DNA of 64,000 nucleotides from Antedon mediterranea (lineage: Eukaryota > Animalia > Echinodermata): positions 16,944,871 to 17,008,870 of the forward strand of contig NC_092676.1 in NCBI RefSeq assembly GCF_964355755.1. Reading direction: 5' to 3'. Positions within the stretch are counted from its first letter, which is position 1. Every line of letters begins with the position of its first letter. Below are positions 36,610 to 48,828 of this stretch, one piece after another. Below the pieces are notes generated by a model that saw only the letters and a program-made list of their open reading frames with translations, did no database searches and had not been told where the DNA came from. The translations under genes and the position numbers were made by a program.

Positions 36610-38133
36610 TTATGGACACTGTACCTTTGAGACAGTACTGCCATGAGGATCAACGCCGTTATCAGAGTTTGTACTATCATTTAACATGATACCAATTCGA
36701 CTAAGTTTTATCAATTTGAACGTTAGCATCTCAACAAATGCCGCACGAAAACGTTTATGCATTACGCCGTATACAATTGGATTCAAACACCCCGCTACGT
36801 ACAGTACCATCGTCATAGTTATATAAACGCTACCGCTTATTGTGACGTCATCGTAATCAAAGAAACGTACCAGAGGATATGGAACGTAACCGACCCAAAT
36901 GATGACAAACACAATGGCCATCATTCGGTTTAGTTGTAACTCTTCGTCACTTATTGTTCTAAAGTGAGGATTTCTTCGTATAAACCGAAGCCGTTTTAAT
37001 CTGATGGATCGGGACATTTTTGCTCTTGTTCTGGAGCTAACTGTACTGCTTTTTCCATCTGTGTCCAGTTCGTCACCATTACATATCTCTGTAAATGTTA
37101 CGCTATTATCGGTTTTACATTGTTCCTTGTTGGCATGTTTACCGGTACGAGACGTACTTGTACATTCTATGCTTTGATTATTACATCGTCTTGATTCTCT
37201 TTCGATGTTAGGCTTACCCTCTATAATATCATTTGGTCTTGAATTAGAAACATGGGTAAAATCTTGAGATGATGCTACTGGTAGGTTATCCAGTGATGTC
37301 GGTTTATTAACTGTTTTAATTGAAATCGATAATGAATTAACAGTGACATTTTCAACTGGTACGTTTTCATCCATAGTTGAATTAATGTGATCGTCTGTAT
37401 TCCCATTGTTTTTTGTACCTGTCTTGTTATTTTCTGCTTCACTGATTGTTACTTCCGTAGCCGTCGGCGGAACCTTCCTTTTATTGTTTTTTCTTAAATG
37501 TAACGACAGTTGTTGTTTTCTTTTTGAAACAAATCTTCTAATTTTAACATAGCAAACGACAACGACAAGACTAGGCAAAACAAAGCAAAGTAAATACAGA
37601 ACAGCAGTCATTCCAATACGAGAATCACTCGTTAAAGTAACACAGCGAAAAGCTTTTTCTAAATATACAATATCACCTGCAACTATGTAATGGTACGTAA
37701 TAACGATGATGATCAACAGCGACCACGTAATACAAAGCGCTAGAATCACGTTACGTTTGCTCAATTTACGTGAAGCTGACGTGTAATGTACAACGTGGAT
37801 AAATCTACTAATCGCAATGCATACCATGTGCAGTAAAGATATCTGGCAAAAACCTAGAATAACATATTGGTTTATCGTGCAAATCATCATACCATCATTC
37901 CAGCCACGGTTTACGAACGCACTCGCTCCCGGGGCTGCTCCACATACGATATAAAATATATCAGCAACGCTGAGGCTAGCGATGAATGAGTTTGATAAGG
38001 TTCGTAGACGCTTCTTTCTGATAATCGCTAAGATAACCAATATATTTCCTATTAGTCCTATAACACAGAACGCAATGATAATGGCAGCGACTGTCGTCGT
38101 AAACACACTTGATGGGGGCTCCGTTTTATTCAT
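36610..38133 (-). CDS. Class A (rhodopsin-like) GPCR, Moody/Tre1/GPR84/melatonin-receptor-like, long ICL3, single coding exon
   Basis: Seven hydrophobic segments: TM1 GLIGN, TM2 SLSVAD, TM3 C...AISRFIHV, TM4 W, TM5 FVLP..CY, TM6 WVGYVP, TM7 CLNPIVYG, helix 8 FRAAF. Likely start MNKTE at 38133 (N-glycosylation sequon NKT), downstream of a TTTTCAG acceptor (exon begins 38161); 507 aa. Confidence 0.92.
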   Translation of the reverse strand: MNKTEPPSSVFTTTVAAIIIAFCVIGLIGNILVILAIIRKKRLRTLSNSFIASLSVADIFYIVCGAAPGASAFVNRGWNDGMMICTINQYVILGFCQISLLHMVCIAISRFIHVVHYTSASRKLSKRNVILALCITWSLLIIIVITYHYIVAGDIVYLEKAFRCVTLTSDSRIGMTAVLYLLCFVLPSLVVVVCYVKIRRFVSKRKQQLSLHLRKNNKRKVPPTATEVTISEAENNKTGTKNNGNTDDHINSTMDENVPVENVTVNSLSISIKTVNKPTSLDNLPVASSQDFTHVSNSRPNDIIEGKPNIERESRRCNNQSIECTSTSRTGKHANKEQCKTDNSVTFTEICNGDELDTDGKSSTVSSRTRAKMSRSIRLKRLRFIRRNPHFRTISDEELQLNRMMAIVFVIIWVGYVPYPLVRFFDYDDVTISGSVYITMTMVLYVAGCLNPIVYGVMHKRFRAAFVEMLTFKLIKLSRIGIMLNDSTNSDNGVDPHGSTVSKVQCP

Positions 38134-39234
38134 TTTGTACGCACGTCCATCTCTGTGTTGTCTGAAAATAAAAAGGTACTTGTTAATATACTTAAACCCA
38201 GCCAAACTGAAATGTTTTTAAAGAACGATATCAGAAAATTGAACAGAAATGAGAGCAGTTTATCAGCAAAATGCATTATATAGAATTAGTTGTCGTTTTG
38301 ATTAGTTGAATGATATATGTACCCGAAGGCACATAATCCGATTGTCAATGCATTACATGTTTCATTTTAATCTTAAAATTAAAATGTAATTCTTCGTTAA
38401 TTGGATTTTTTTCACATGAACGTAGGAGGCGTTTATTATTTATTGCAAAACTGACAAAAGGTGACCAATCACAAATCAATGTCTGGGTAGATGAGTGGTT
38501 AGTTCTATCAGCTCTTCAACTTTTCAAATCTATACATGGTATCACATGAATAGCATTCTCTAGTTACGCACCATTGCTTATTCGATAATACCAATTTATT
38601 TTCATTCAATCCCAAAGCATTGAGGGACAGACTGAAATGGATCACTGCTTAATTGGTGTATGATAGTAGGCCTACACCGAATTCATTCACAGACCATAGT
38701 AATATAATAATATAATCACCAACTAACAAGGCAATATTGTCTGTTATTAGATATAAGCGGGTGAGAGAAATAAGAGATCAGTAGCAACTGATTGCGCATG
38801 CGTACGGAGAAATAGTTATTGGGATGGTAATTATTTATCATGGTACTAAAATGTAAGTAAAATGTCCAGTGAGCAATATGAATCGTTTATTAACAATTTA
38901 ATAGAACGCCTGTCATGATAAAAACTGACGCCTGAATGTTTCACTTTATACGGCGTAAATTGTTTAAATATTAGATTCACATTTTATTACCTTTAATGTG
39001 GAAATTTAGTTGAGTATGCATGAAATAAGATTTTTAGACCTAAATAACGATACACCAGACAGCATTGACAGTTCAGTAGGCATGTTTGCATCATATTACA
39101 TATATAAAGTTTTTACGTCATACCGTATTTTATTTATTTTGTTCTCAAATTGTATTCAGGATAGTATTGAAAAGTAAGTAATTTACTTTAGCCATTTTTA
39201 TATTTACCTTGTGCATTTATATATTCTATTGTTA

Positions 39235-40767
39235 CTGTTGTGTGTATTTTAAGGGGGATGTGGATAGAGGTGCTTGTCACCTGTTATGTGTATTTTAAGG
39301 GGGATGTGGATAGAGGTGCTTGTCACCTGTTGTGTGTATTTTAAGGGGGATGTGGATAGAGGTGCTTGTCACCTGTTATTTATATGTTAAGGGGGATGTG
39401 GATAGAGGTGCTTGTCACCTGTTATGTGTATGTTAAGGGGGATGTGGATAGAGGTGCTTGTCACCTGTTGTGTGTATTTTAAGGGAGGATGTGGATAGAG
39501 GTGCTTGTCACCTGTTGTGTGTATTTTAAGAGGATGTGGATAGAGGTGCTTGTCACCTGTTGTGTGTATTTTAAGGGGGGATGTGGATAGAGGTGCTTGT
39601 CACCTGTTGTGTATATCTTAAGGGGGGATGTGGATAGAGGTGCTTGTCACCTGTTATGTATATTTTAAGGGGGGATGTGGATAGAGGTGCTTGTCACCTG
39701 TTGTGTATATCTTAAGGGGGGATGTGGATAGAGGTGCTTGTCACCTGTTGTGTGTATTTTAAGGGGGATGTGGATAGAGGTGCTTGTCACCTGTTGTGTA
39801 TATCTTAAGGGGGGATGTGGATAGAGGTGCTTGTCACCTGTTATGTATATTTTAAGGGGGGTGTGGATAGAGGTGCTTGTCACCTGTTATGTATATTTTA
39901 AGGGGGATGTGGATAGAGGTGCTTGTCACCTGTTATGTGTATTTTAAGGGGGATGTGGATAGAGGTGCTTGTCACCTGTTATGTATATTTTAAGGGGGAT
40001 GTGGATAGAGGTGCTTGTCACCTGTTATGTATATTTTAAGGGGGATGTGGATAGAGGTGCTTGTCACCTGTTGTGTGTATTTTAAGAGGATGTGGATAGA
40101 GGTGCTTGTCACCTGTTGTGTGTATTTTAAGGGGGGATGTGGATAGAGGTGCTTGTCACCTGTTGTGTATATCTTAAGGGGGGATGTGGATAGAGGTGCT
40201 TGTCACCTGTTATGTATATTTTAAGGGGGGATGTGGATAGAGGTGCTTGTCACCTGTTGTGTATATCTTAAGGGGGGATGTGGATAGAGGTGCTTGTCAC
40301 CTGTTGTGTGTATTTTAAGGGGGATGTGGATAGAGGTGCTTGTCACCTGTTGTGTATATCTTAAGGGGGGATGTGGATAGAGGTGCTTGTCACCTGTTAT
40401 GTATATTTTAAGGGGGGTGTGGATAGAGGTGCTTGTCACCTGTTATGTATATTTTAAGGGGGATGTGGATAGAGGTGCTTGTCACCTGTTATGTGTATTT
40501 TAAGGGGGATGTGGATAGAGGTGCTTGTCACCTGTTATGTATATTTTAAGGGGGATGTGGATAGAGGTGCTTGTCACCTGTTATGTATATTTTAAGGGGG
40601 ATGTGGATAGAGGTGCTTGTCACCTGTTGTGTGTATTTTAAGGGGGATGTGGATAGAGGTGCTTGTCACCTGTTGTGTGTATTTTAAGGGGGGATGTGGA
40701 TAGAGGTGCTTGTCACCTGATATGTGTATTTTAAGGGGGATGTGGATAGAGGTGCTTGTCACCTGTT
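39235..40767. repeat. Minisatellite, ~33 copies of a ~46-bp unit
   Basis: Unit TGTGTATTTTAAGGGGGATGTGGATAGAGGTGCTTGTCACCTGTT(A/G), head-to-tail, varying in G-run length and a few positions. Confidence 0.97.
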
Positions 40768-41964
40768 CATCCCTTTATTTTCGCTGACTTATGTTATGTG
40801 TAGTGATAGAGTTTAATAAATAAAATTTTAAAAAGATTTAAAGATTGAACTTTAAAAAAAAAGATAATGAGACATTTATTGTTGCTTTCATTCATGTATA
40901 GTTTGGACATCAGTGTGTACATAAAATATACATCGACTAATGTCGAGGACCTCATTATACTTTAAATTAAGTTAGTACACCTTTAATTAAGTTATTACAC
41001 GACTGTAACACACACTGGCTGTTACTTTCTTCCGGTAGATAGAAATTGGCCAAAGTGTTAGATTTGATTTTATTGACCGACCGCTTTTGTTCATGCTTCC
41101 TTGATCAAATTTCCAGGCGAACAACCATAATCGATAGGCCATGGAATCAGCGGTCAATTTTCTAACCATGTACAGATAGTAATGTTTGTCGTACAAGCTT
41201 TAACCCATATATATTATTAGCTGTTTATTTGCCGCTTCTTTGGGCTGGACTGAGATCGATAAAATAACAACGATAATCTTGCGCTCGAATGCGTTTAGAT
41301 TAAAATGATTTTGTAAATAGTATCTTATTCTTGTAGTACTATATGATTGACATGGCTTGGTGATCATTATTAAAAAGTACAGATTAATATTTACTAATTA
41401 TGGCATGATGTATTATCATTATTAGTACAGTAGAGTATAATACAATATTTGTATAAGATACTCTTTCATTGAGATAATGAAGATTAATTACTGGAACAAC
41501 CAAAATAATATATTTATTTCACGTCAGTTGCGAAACCAAAACGTGGTTAAAAATGATTTACCTTATTACAAACTACTTTATATTTTTCCTACGTCCATGA
41601 TTTCATTATTTATGTTTATGGGTAGGGAATTCATCAAAATATTATAAAACATTACTAAATATAAAGGGTCTCGATGCTTATTTGCTTCACCGTTGACTAA
41701 AAAAAAATAGTATAAATGTTGGTTTTATTTCATGAAATAATACAAATCAAGAAGATCATTTATTTCATACAATAACAATAACACAAAACTAATCTTTTAA
41801 TCTGATTGAACGACATGAAAAGGTATTAAAGGACTTAACCTCAACCTATCTATCAAATAAATTTACTCAAAGGAAATCCTCATATTATGATTAGGCATAT
41901 AATATCTTTTAAAACGACGTGTATAGTAAAGTCAAATACAGAATATAAAAACGAAATTTAAATA

Positions 41965-42096
41965 AACAAGGCCATAATTATACATGGCTGCTTTAGTCGC
42001 GTGCTCAAATTTGAGTTAGTGTTTACCGACCAACCGACCGACTAAGCTAACCGACCGACATAGTAAGCTGTAAGAGTCGCTCTGCACGCGTCTACA
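41965..42096. mobile_element. Helentron-associated (HINE/DINE-like) short element, copy 1
   Basis: AACAAGGCCATA...AGTCGCGTG subterminal motif, (CCGA)n microsatellite, terminal hairpin AGTCGC..GCACGCG; near-duplicate at 43097-43210. Confidence 0.6.
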
Positions 42097-42536
42097 TTGC
42101 TGTTTCCCTAAACAATTTCAAAATATTAATTTCTTTTTACTAATTATTTAACCCTTTTTGTTATAAGGAGAGTTTTTATAATTGTTGGCATTTTTAAAAT
42201 TTATATTTACTCACTTTAATTGTATTAATACAATATAAATTGATATACCTTTTTTCTCCTTTTCAATTTTTTTCCTCGTGTATAAAACACTCTACTGCAA
42301 AATTTATGCAACGAACAATTTTATTATTACACAGGTTAATTTGATATGCAGACATACAGATAACGTAAAACTTCGAAAAGAAGCCGACCCAAACAAGAGT
42401 ACTAAAAAAATGAGGTTTTCCGGTAGGATAATAACAGATGCTTTACAGAATGTTATCTACTTGAAACAAATTCAATAAAAAAATAAATATTAACATTTAT
42501 CTTGAAACAATAAAACTTAATGATAATTTTTTTTTT

Positions 42537-42735
42537 ATTCATATCTTAACATCATTCATATCTTAACGTATTCATATCTTAACATATTAATTTCATGTTC
42601 ATGTCTTAACGTGTTCATACCTTCTACCTTAACGTTCATTTCACATTCATATCTTAACATTATTATTCATATCTTAGCGTTCATTTCACATTCATATCTT
42701 AACGTTCATTTCACATTCATAGCTTAACGTATTAT
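42537..42735. repeat. Degenerate tandem repeat of TTCATATCTTAAC(G/A)
   Basis: Recurrent TTCATATCTTAAC and TTCATTTCACA units. Confidence 0.8.
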
Positions 42736-43096
42736 TAACGTAGTATTATTCAATATAATATTCATTTTGTCCAAACCGATTGTTTATGTTGAATGCTAAT
42801 TAACAACAATAATACTCTAAAAAAGTAATTGTATGGTACAAAACTTTAAGACGTGTCAACTTGAAATTAATAGTTTAGATTTAGTTTACAACGAATGATA
42901 AAGAGATTGCGTACGTGCAGCACAGAACGAATTTCTTTAACTTTATATGACGATGAATTATTTACAGAATTATAAATTAGATTATAAAAAAATACAAATT
43001 TAAATGACTTAATTTAAAAACCATATGCAGGCCTACATTTATTAATATCTTATTGTTCGTATTTTGTCCGCAGTGATGATTGATGGAAAGTGAAAA

Positions 43097-43210
43097 AATA
43101 AGGCCATATATATGGCTGCAGTCGCGTGCTCAAGTTAGTGTTTACCGACCGACCGATCGACCAACCGACCGACATAGTAAGCTGTACAGTCGAGTTTCAC
43201 GCGACTAAAA
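43097..43210. mobile_element. Helentron-associated (HINE/DINE-like) short element, copy 2
   Basis: AAGGCCATA...AGTCGCGTG, (CCGA)n, hairpin AGTCGAGTTTCACGCGACT followed by an A-run. Confidence 0.6.
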
Positions 43211-46200
43211 AAGGGCAGACCATATTCTAGGTTTTAGACCGTGATTCGACTTAGTTGTGTATTGGTAAAACGATAAATATGTTGGCACACATAGCGTTTC
43301 ATAAATAGAAACGGCGACTCGGTGGACAATATAAAAAGAAAATACTTGGGGCAAGTCAAGACAGCAGATGTAAATAATTCAATCGGAACTGATTGTATTC
43401 TGATATTGAACAAACATATGAAAGAATGAATGTTGTATATCAACATTAGTTCAGTTCTCTAATCTCCGGTATTGCATTAATATTTCTTATGATGAATGAA
43501 TGTTTATATTTATGTTTTTAAAGTACATCGCCCTGGTTCTCGACCAGTCCCAATCACAGATTACGGTGTGTGTGGAGATGGTGGAACTTTAGATGACGGA
43601 TAATTTCCTAAATTTATTAAAGTGACTCTAGAGAACTATAATTACATTTACAGTACGTCTATAGTGTTCGTGAACAGGCTTATAATCATATAATATGAAG
43701 AATACCATAATGCTTAAATTGAATAATAACGGCCAAATTATCGATACTATACTTTAATTACTTTACGAGGCGGTGAAGATAAGACAATTTGTGAGAGTGA
43801 AATAAAAAGAGACTTATTTTCACTACTGCGGATATTTAAATTTCAAAATGTTATCTTTTTTTTTATACATACCGTAACTTATATTCGATAAAGCGATTAT
43901 TTCGGAATTATTAGCATAACTATGTAACCAACGTACAATTTAAAGATGGTGATAAGTATAGGCTGACTTGCGCATTGTTAGGCCTATTGCTAGGCTAAGG
44001 CCTACTGTGTGAAGAGTATACACAATTTAAAAAAAAAAGTGCGTATAACACCCAGTAGCATATGCCTATAGGCCTAGATATAGCGTTCATCTACATATTG
44101 TGCCGAAAAAAAAAACAATTTACGTTAACTAAACCGTTACTAACAGTTCTAGATGGCATTTGGAACTTAGTATTGATAAAAATATCAATATTTTGGCACA
44201 CATGGCGTTTCATACGTATAATATTTTTAATTAAAAATACCAACTTAAAAGTCTCGAATGTTGACTGGTGGACAACAACATGAAAAAATAAGGAAAGATG
44301 TTTTAACCATGTGGACCGTCACTTCGTATTCGAATGCAAATGCGTTCAGAATAGTGTTATGCACTGCAATGAAATGAACATACCACAATAACAGTTTACA
44401 ATTCTAAATAACATTATTCCAATTGTGAAAGTAGAAGATGAAAATATTATTGTAGAGTACACTCTCATAAGTTATTAATCATCAATAGGCCTACAGGCAC
44501 ACTCTAACCGAAATGCATAGGAAGATTCATCGCAATTACAAGAGAAACCGAAATTACGAAAATATAATCGAAAACATTTCTAAAAATAACAAAAATAAAT
44601 ATGAGTACAATCATTTTTATTAATTAAAATATCTATCAATTTCGATTCAGAATAATTATTTCTTCAAGAATGTACATGTACGTTAACCAGTCTAATTTAT
44701 TTGTATTTGTTTGTATTTAATTTTATCGTTAAATAAGAGATATTCCGTGTTAATGTGAATTATTGTGAACCTATGGATAAAATAAAGGCAGGCAGCATTG
44801 CCTGGAATGAAAATTTACATTACTATTAATACATTTATTTTACGTTATTTGTATATTGAAATTAATTATTAGGCCTAAGATTGGATAGAAACTTCACCTT
44901 CAATAGATATTGTGAGGTACATTAACAATAATCCTTGTATTATAGCATGAACCATCCATTTGCTGAATGGTCGTATAGTTTCCATGGAAAAATGGAAGGT
45001 AAGATGGAGAAGTAATAAACTTAATTTTGATTTGTGAAATCTAATAATAATCATGTTGCCTCGATTACTTGGTCTAGAATTATTTATGTTTGTTTTTTGC
45101 TTCTGATTCCCGTCCTTGTAACGGTTTGAAACCACAAATCGTTATTTGCATCGTAATTGCTTATTGATGTTGCTTAAAAACATCAACATGAATGAAATTA
45201 AAATAACATGTATTATTAAAAAGATAATATGAAATTCGAAAGTGTTTTAATTCAACCAATAAGTGAAGATATACATGTAGGCTCAGTAAATACCCTAAAG
45301 AGACATTAAAGTACATCATACCGATTTACGTCACTGGTCATTATTGTCTGAATTGTTACCATTATTATTTTTGTTTAGTTTATTTTTATAAACTTTAAGC
45401 AATTGACTTAATCAAATTGTACTTTTACCAACATTTTTTAATCTGCATCCACCAAAAATGACCGTAATATTTAAACGTATTTTAATTTTATTCACGTTCT
45501 ACTACAATTCCATTCCATTCGATTTTATTATAAATATTGATATTTTTAATTTTCATTATACCTTTTGTGAAAATAGTAGTTAAATTTGATGTGTTTTTTA
45601 TTTAAAACACGTAAAAATTGTATCATTTAATCGATGACATATCGATTACGTCGATCGTTTCAATTATTAAGTTTCACTGACAAAAATTATGATGACACTT
45701 TCATCCAATCAGAACTTTACACATTTATGATGACGTCATCACCCATTAACTATTATTAATATATGACAATAGAATACATTTTTGGAGATAATCATTTACA
45801 GAGAATGTTATAAATGTATTTATCACCGGGTGATTTAAAATTTATTCTGTGCCTGTGATGTTTATACATATATATTCATATGTTTATATTTGAGATCAGA
45901 TATGAGACAGAAGGGAAATTGGAATTGATTGATACAGAGAATCTATAGAACGCGCCAGATAAGAATTTACTTTATTTATTTTACAACCTAACGAGCAAAT
46001 AAAAAGAAATGCAACCAAATCAAACATACAAAAAAATTTTTAAATAATTCAAGTAAAAATAATAAAGAAATGATAAGTAGATGGTCAGGACACATAACAA
46101 GAATAACATATAATGTAGACTGGCAATCAATAACAGGAAGAAGACAGAAAAGGTTGAAAGATGACATCAAAAGATATCCAGTACTAACTGACTGTCCAAG

Positions 46201-47659
46201 GTTCAGATAAGACTTAAGAGTAAATGGAAAATGCTCAAGATTGGTTACATCCCGCAGCTGATGAAATAACTAGTATTACTATGGTGATATGATGATGTCT
46301 ATAAATATAAACTAGGGTATTAGGCCTAAAACAACTATAGTCCTAACGGATCGACAACATGGATAAAAGTACTAAGTTAATTATAACACCTAGACTTGTA
46401 TCTAGTTGACTTTCAATAGTCAGTTAAGATCTACCTAGATCTAGGCCTAGCTCGAGCTCTATTGAGTATGGGGAGAGAACATGGAGATATTTATCATCAT
46501 TAGTCTTTACGGTTCCACACCACCTGCATCTTGGGAATAATTAAACGTCATGCTCTTCCAATCAAACTTTATTTAATTTGATTCAACTATTCAGTTTCTG
46601 TTTTGTCGTACTCATCAATGATTTTGATGGTTTAAAACGACTGTGGTTTGTCATTACCCAGATACACATCGTCTGTTATTCATAGTTTCGATTTATACCA
46701 CGTTTTGTCTAATTATGCCTCTTGCGGTTCGTTGCACTGGGCTAGGTTTAGTTGATAGGTACCATACGGTACAGATACAATCTGAATTTCTTCTTTTTTT
46801 CAATGCAACTCATTATCATTAATTGTCAATGCATTCCGTTTAACAAGTAACCTAAACGAATGATAAATGTTATAGTCGAGACCGTCGTGTCTCTTTTGAT
46901 CTCAGCACTTCTTTGAGACGCCTTACGTCACAAATAAACTATTTATGTTCACTGATTATGTGTGTGATAGACTTGAAACAAAAAAAGAAAGATGTTGTGA
47001 ATTATTGTAGTGAGAATGTAAGCACTATGCCAACATTTGCGTGTCATAATTTACTAACAAACGATAATTAATTAATAATAGGCCTACACAATTATAAATC
47101 AATTTTTAAAATCTATAATATTTAACATTGTTTTGAATATATACCAATCAAACGTAATGTAATTATTTCTGGTTGGAACATAATCGAATTCTATCAGGAT
47201 TTGTCTAATTTTACGTTTTTCAATATCATTAATAATAACATGCCTGATAACTACAATCATTATTAGAACGGATTTGAATTTAACATAAGGCCTACTAATA
47301 CACCGGCGTATACTTAGTGTTTTTGACTTAGTTGACATAAATATTTGATTATAATTTAAAATCGTGCTTATGAAACAATTAGGCCATGCTGCTAGCATTA
47401 TGTACACAGTTTAACTTTGTTATATTAAATTGTTATCATCCTTTTTATGTTAAGGAATAATTTGAATGCAGTGGTTTTGTATTTTTTTCTAAAATGTTTC
47501 TTTTTATGTGTTGTATTCTATGCTATAAAACAAATAAATACAAAGTATAGGGCAAACAAACGTTCAAATTCAACACTAGTGTTCTTGCAATCATTTAGTT
47601 TTCTTCTTCATCTTTCATTACTTTCTGTTTGCTATCCTTCGTTTTATTTTCTTTTATAA

Positions 47660-47970
47660 ATTTGTATTGTCCCCCAAAAACATTTAAAAAATATGAAGAT
47701 TAATTAATTAATTTAATTAATTAAATGTTGTAGTTTTAATAAAGTAAATCACTTTCTTAAATAAACAAAACAAAAAAATGTTTTCGCTTAAAAATGACAA
47801 AATAAATAAAAACAATTTATTTATTTAAATTTTTTGCTTTAAATTACTTTTTCGGTCATGTACATAATTTTTTCGATCCAATTTTTGGTCAAAGTGAATA
47901 CATATGACAGTAAAATGGCATATTAAAAAAAAATTGTAAGAATCATTTTTTTCAGGGAGACAATACATCT
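47660..47970. mobile_element. Kolobok-like MITE copy
   Basis: TGTATTGTCCCCC...GGGAGACAATACATCT TTAA, homologous to 31534-31852. Confidence 0.75.
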
Positions 47971-48339
47971 TTAATAAATATTTTAAAAGTTTATATAATT
48001 TCATCACTATATAGTGTGAATCTAAACCAAAAACCATAACAGCTAAAAACATCATACAACTAGATTTACACAAAGCATTTAATGGTTTTGTTTATTTTGT
48101 ATAATAAATCGTGTTAGTTTCAATTGGTACTTGGCGTAACATGTTTAAAATTGACGTTCAATGAGGATTACATGATGCGGAAAGCAGATATTCTTTTTTG
48201 AAGACTGAAGAAATAAAATTAAGCAATGTCGCCCGTCTTCCTCGTTCCTCCTATCTCTAAATTGTCTCTCTAAAAATCTTTTAAAAAGCAATGAAACAAA
48301 AATAAATGGTTGCATGAATGAAATTGTAGAATATTCGCA

Positions 48340-48828
48340 AGCTTGGTTCCGACTAGGATGCAACGCATAGACGTAGACGCAACGCAAGCGACTAATTAAT
48401 GCTTGGTTCCTACTAGAGAAGCAACAAGGATGTAACGCAACGTAAGTGAGTTGACCAATCACAAGCGATGGATTATTCGAACTGTCGCTTGTCATTGGTC
48501 AACACCGCTTGCGTTGAGTTTACGTCCCTGCGTTGCGTCCTAGTGAAAACCAAGCTTAACCAATGACAAACGACAGTTGGAATAATCCATAGATTGGTCA
48601 AAGCACCTGCGTTGCTCTAAACGTCGTTGCGTTGCGTCCTAGTTAAGCTTGGTTCGCACAAGAACGTAACGCAAGGACGTAAACGCAACGCAAGCGTTTT
48701 ACCAATGACAAACGAAGTTATAGACAGCAGTTAACAATCACATGCGAATAAGCCATCGCTTGTGATTGGTCAATTCACTTGCGTTGCGTTACGTCCTTGC
48801 GTTGCGTCGCTAGTGGGAACCACGATTA
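48340..48828. mobile_element. Cluster of three PIF/Harbinger-like MITEs of one family
   Basis: Repeated termini GCTTGGTTCC(T/G)ACTAG / CTAGTG(G/A)(G/A)AACCA, (ACGCA)n and (TGCGT)n arms, TAA/TTA junctions. Confidence 0.75.

Noticed and set aside
38134-38205. N-terminal 24 aa of the 531-aa GPCR ORF call
   Set aside because: Starts at a non-ATG codon and crosses a polypyrimidine/TTTTCAG acceptor, so the upstream part is probably intron
39665-40439. Two identical 72-aa ORFs
   Set aside because: Translations of the tandem repeat, not genes
39235-40767. CRISPR-like regular array
   Set aside because: Units are head-to-tail with no unique spacers, there are no cas genes and the context is eukaryotic; it is a minisatellite
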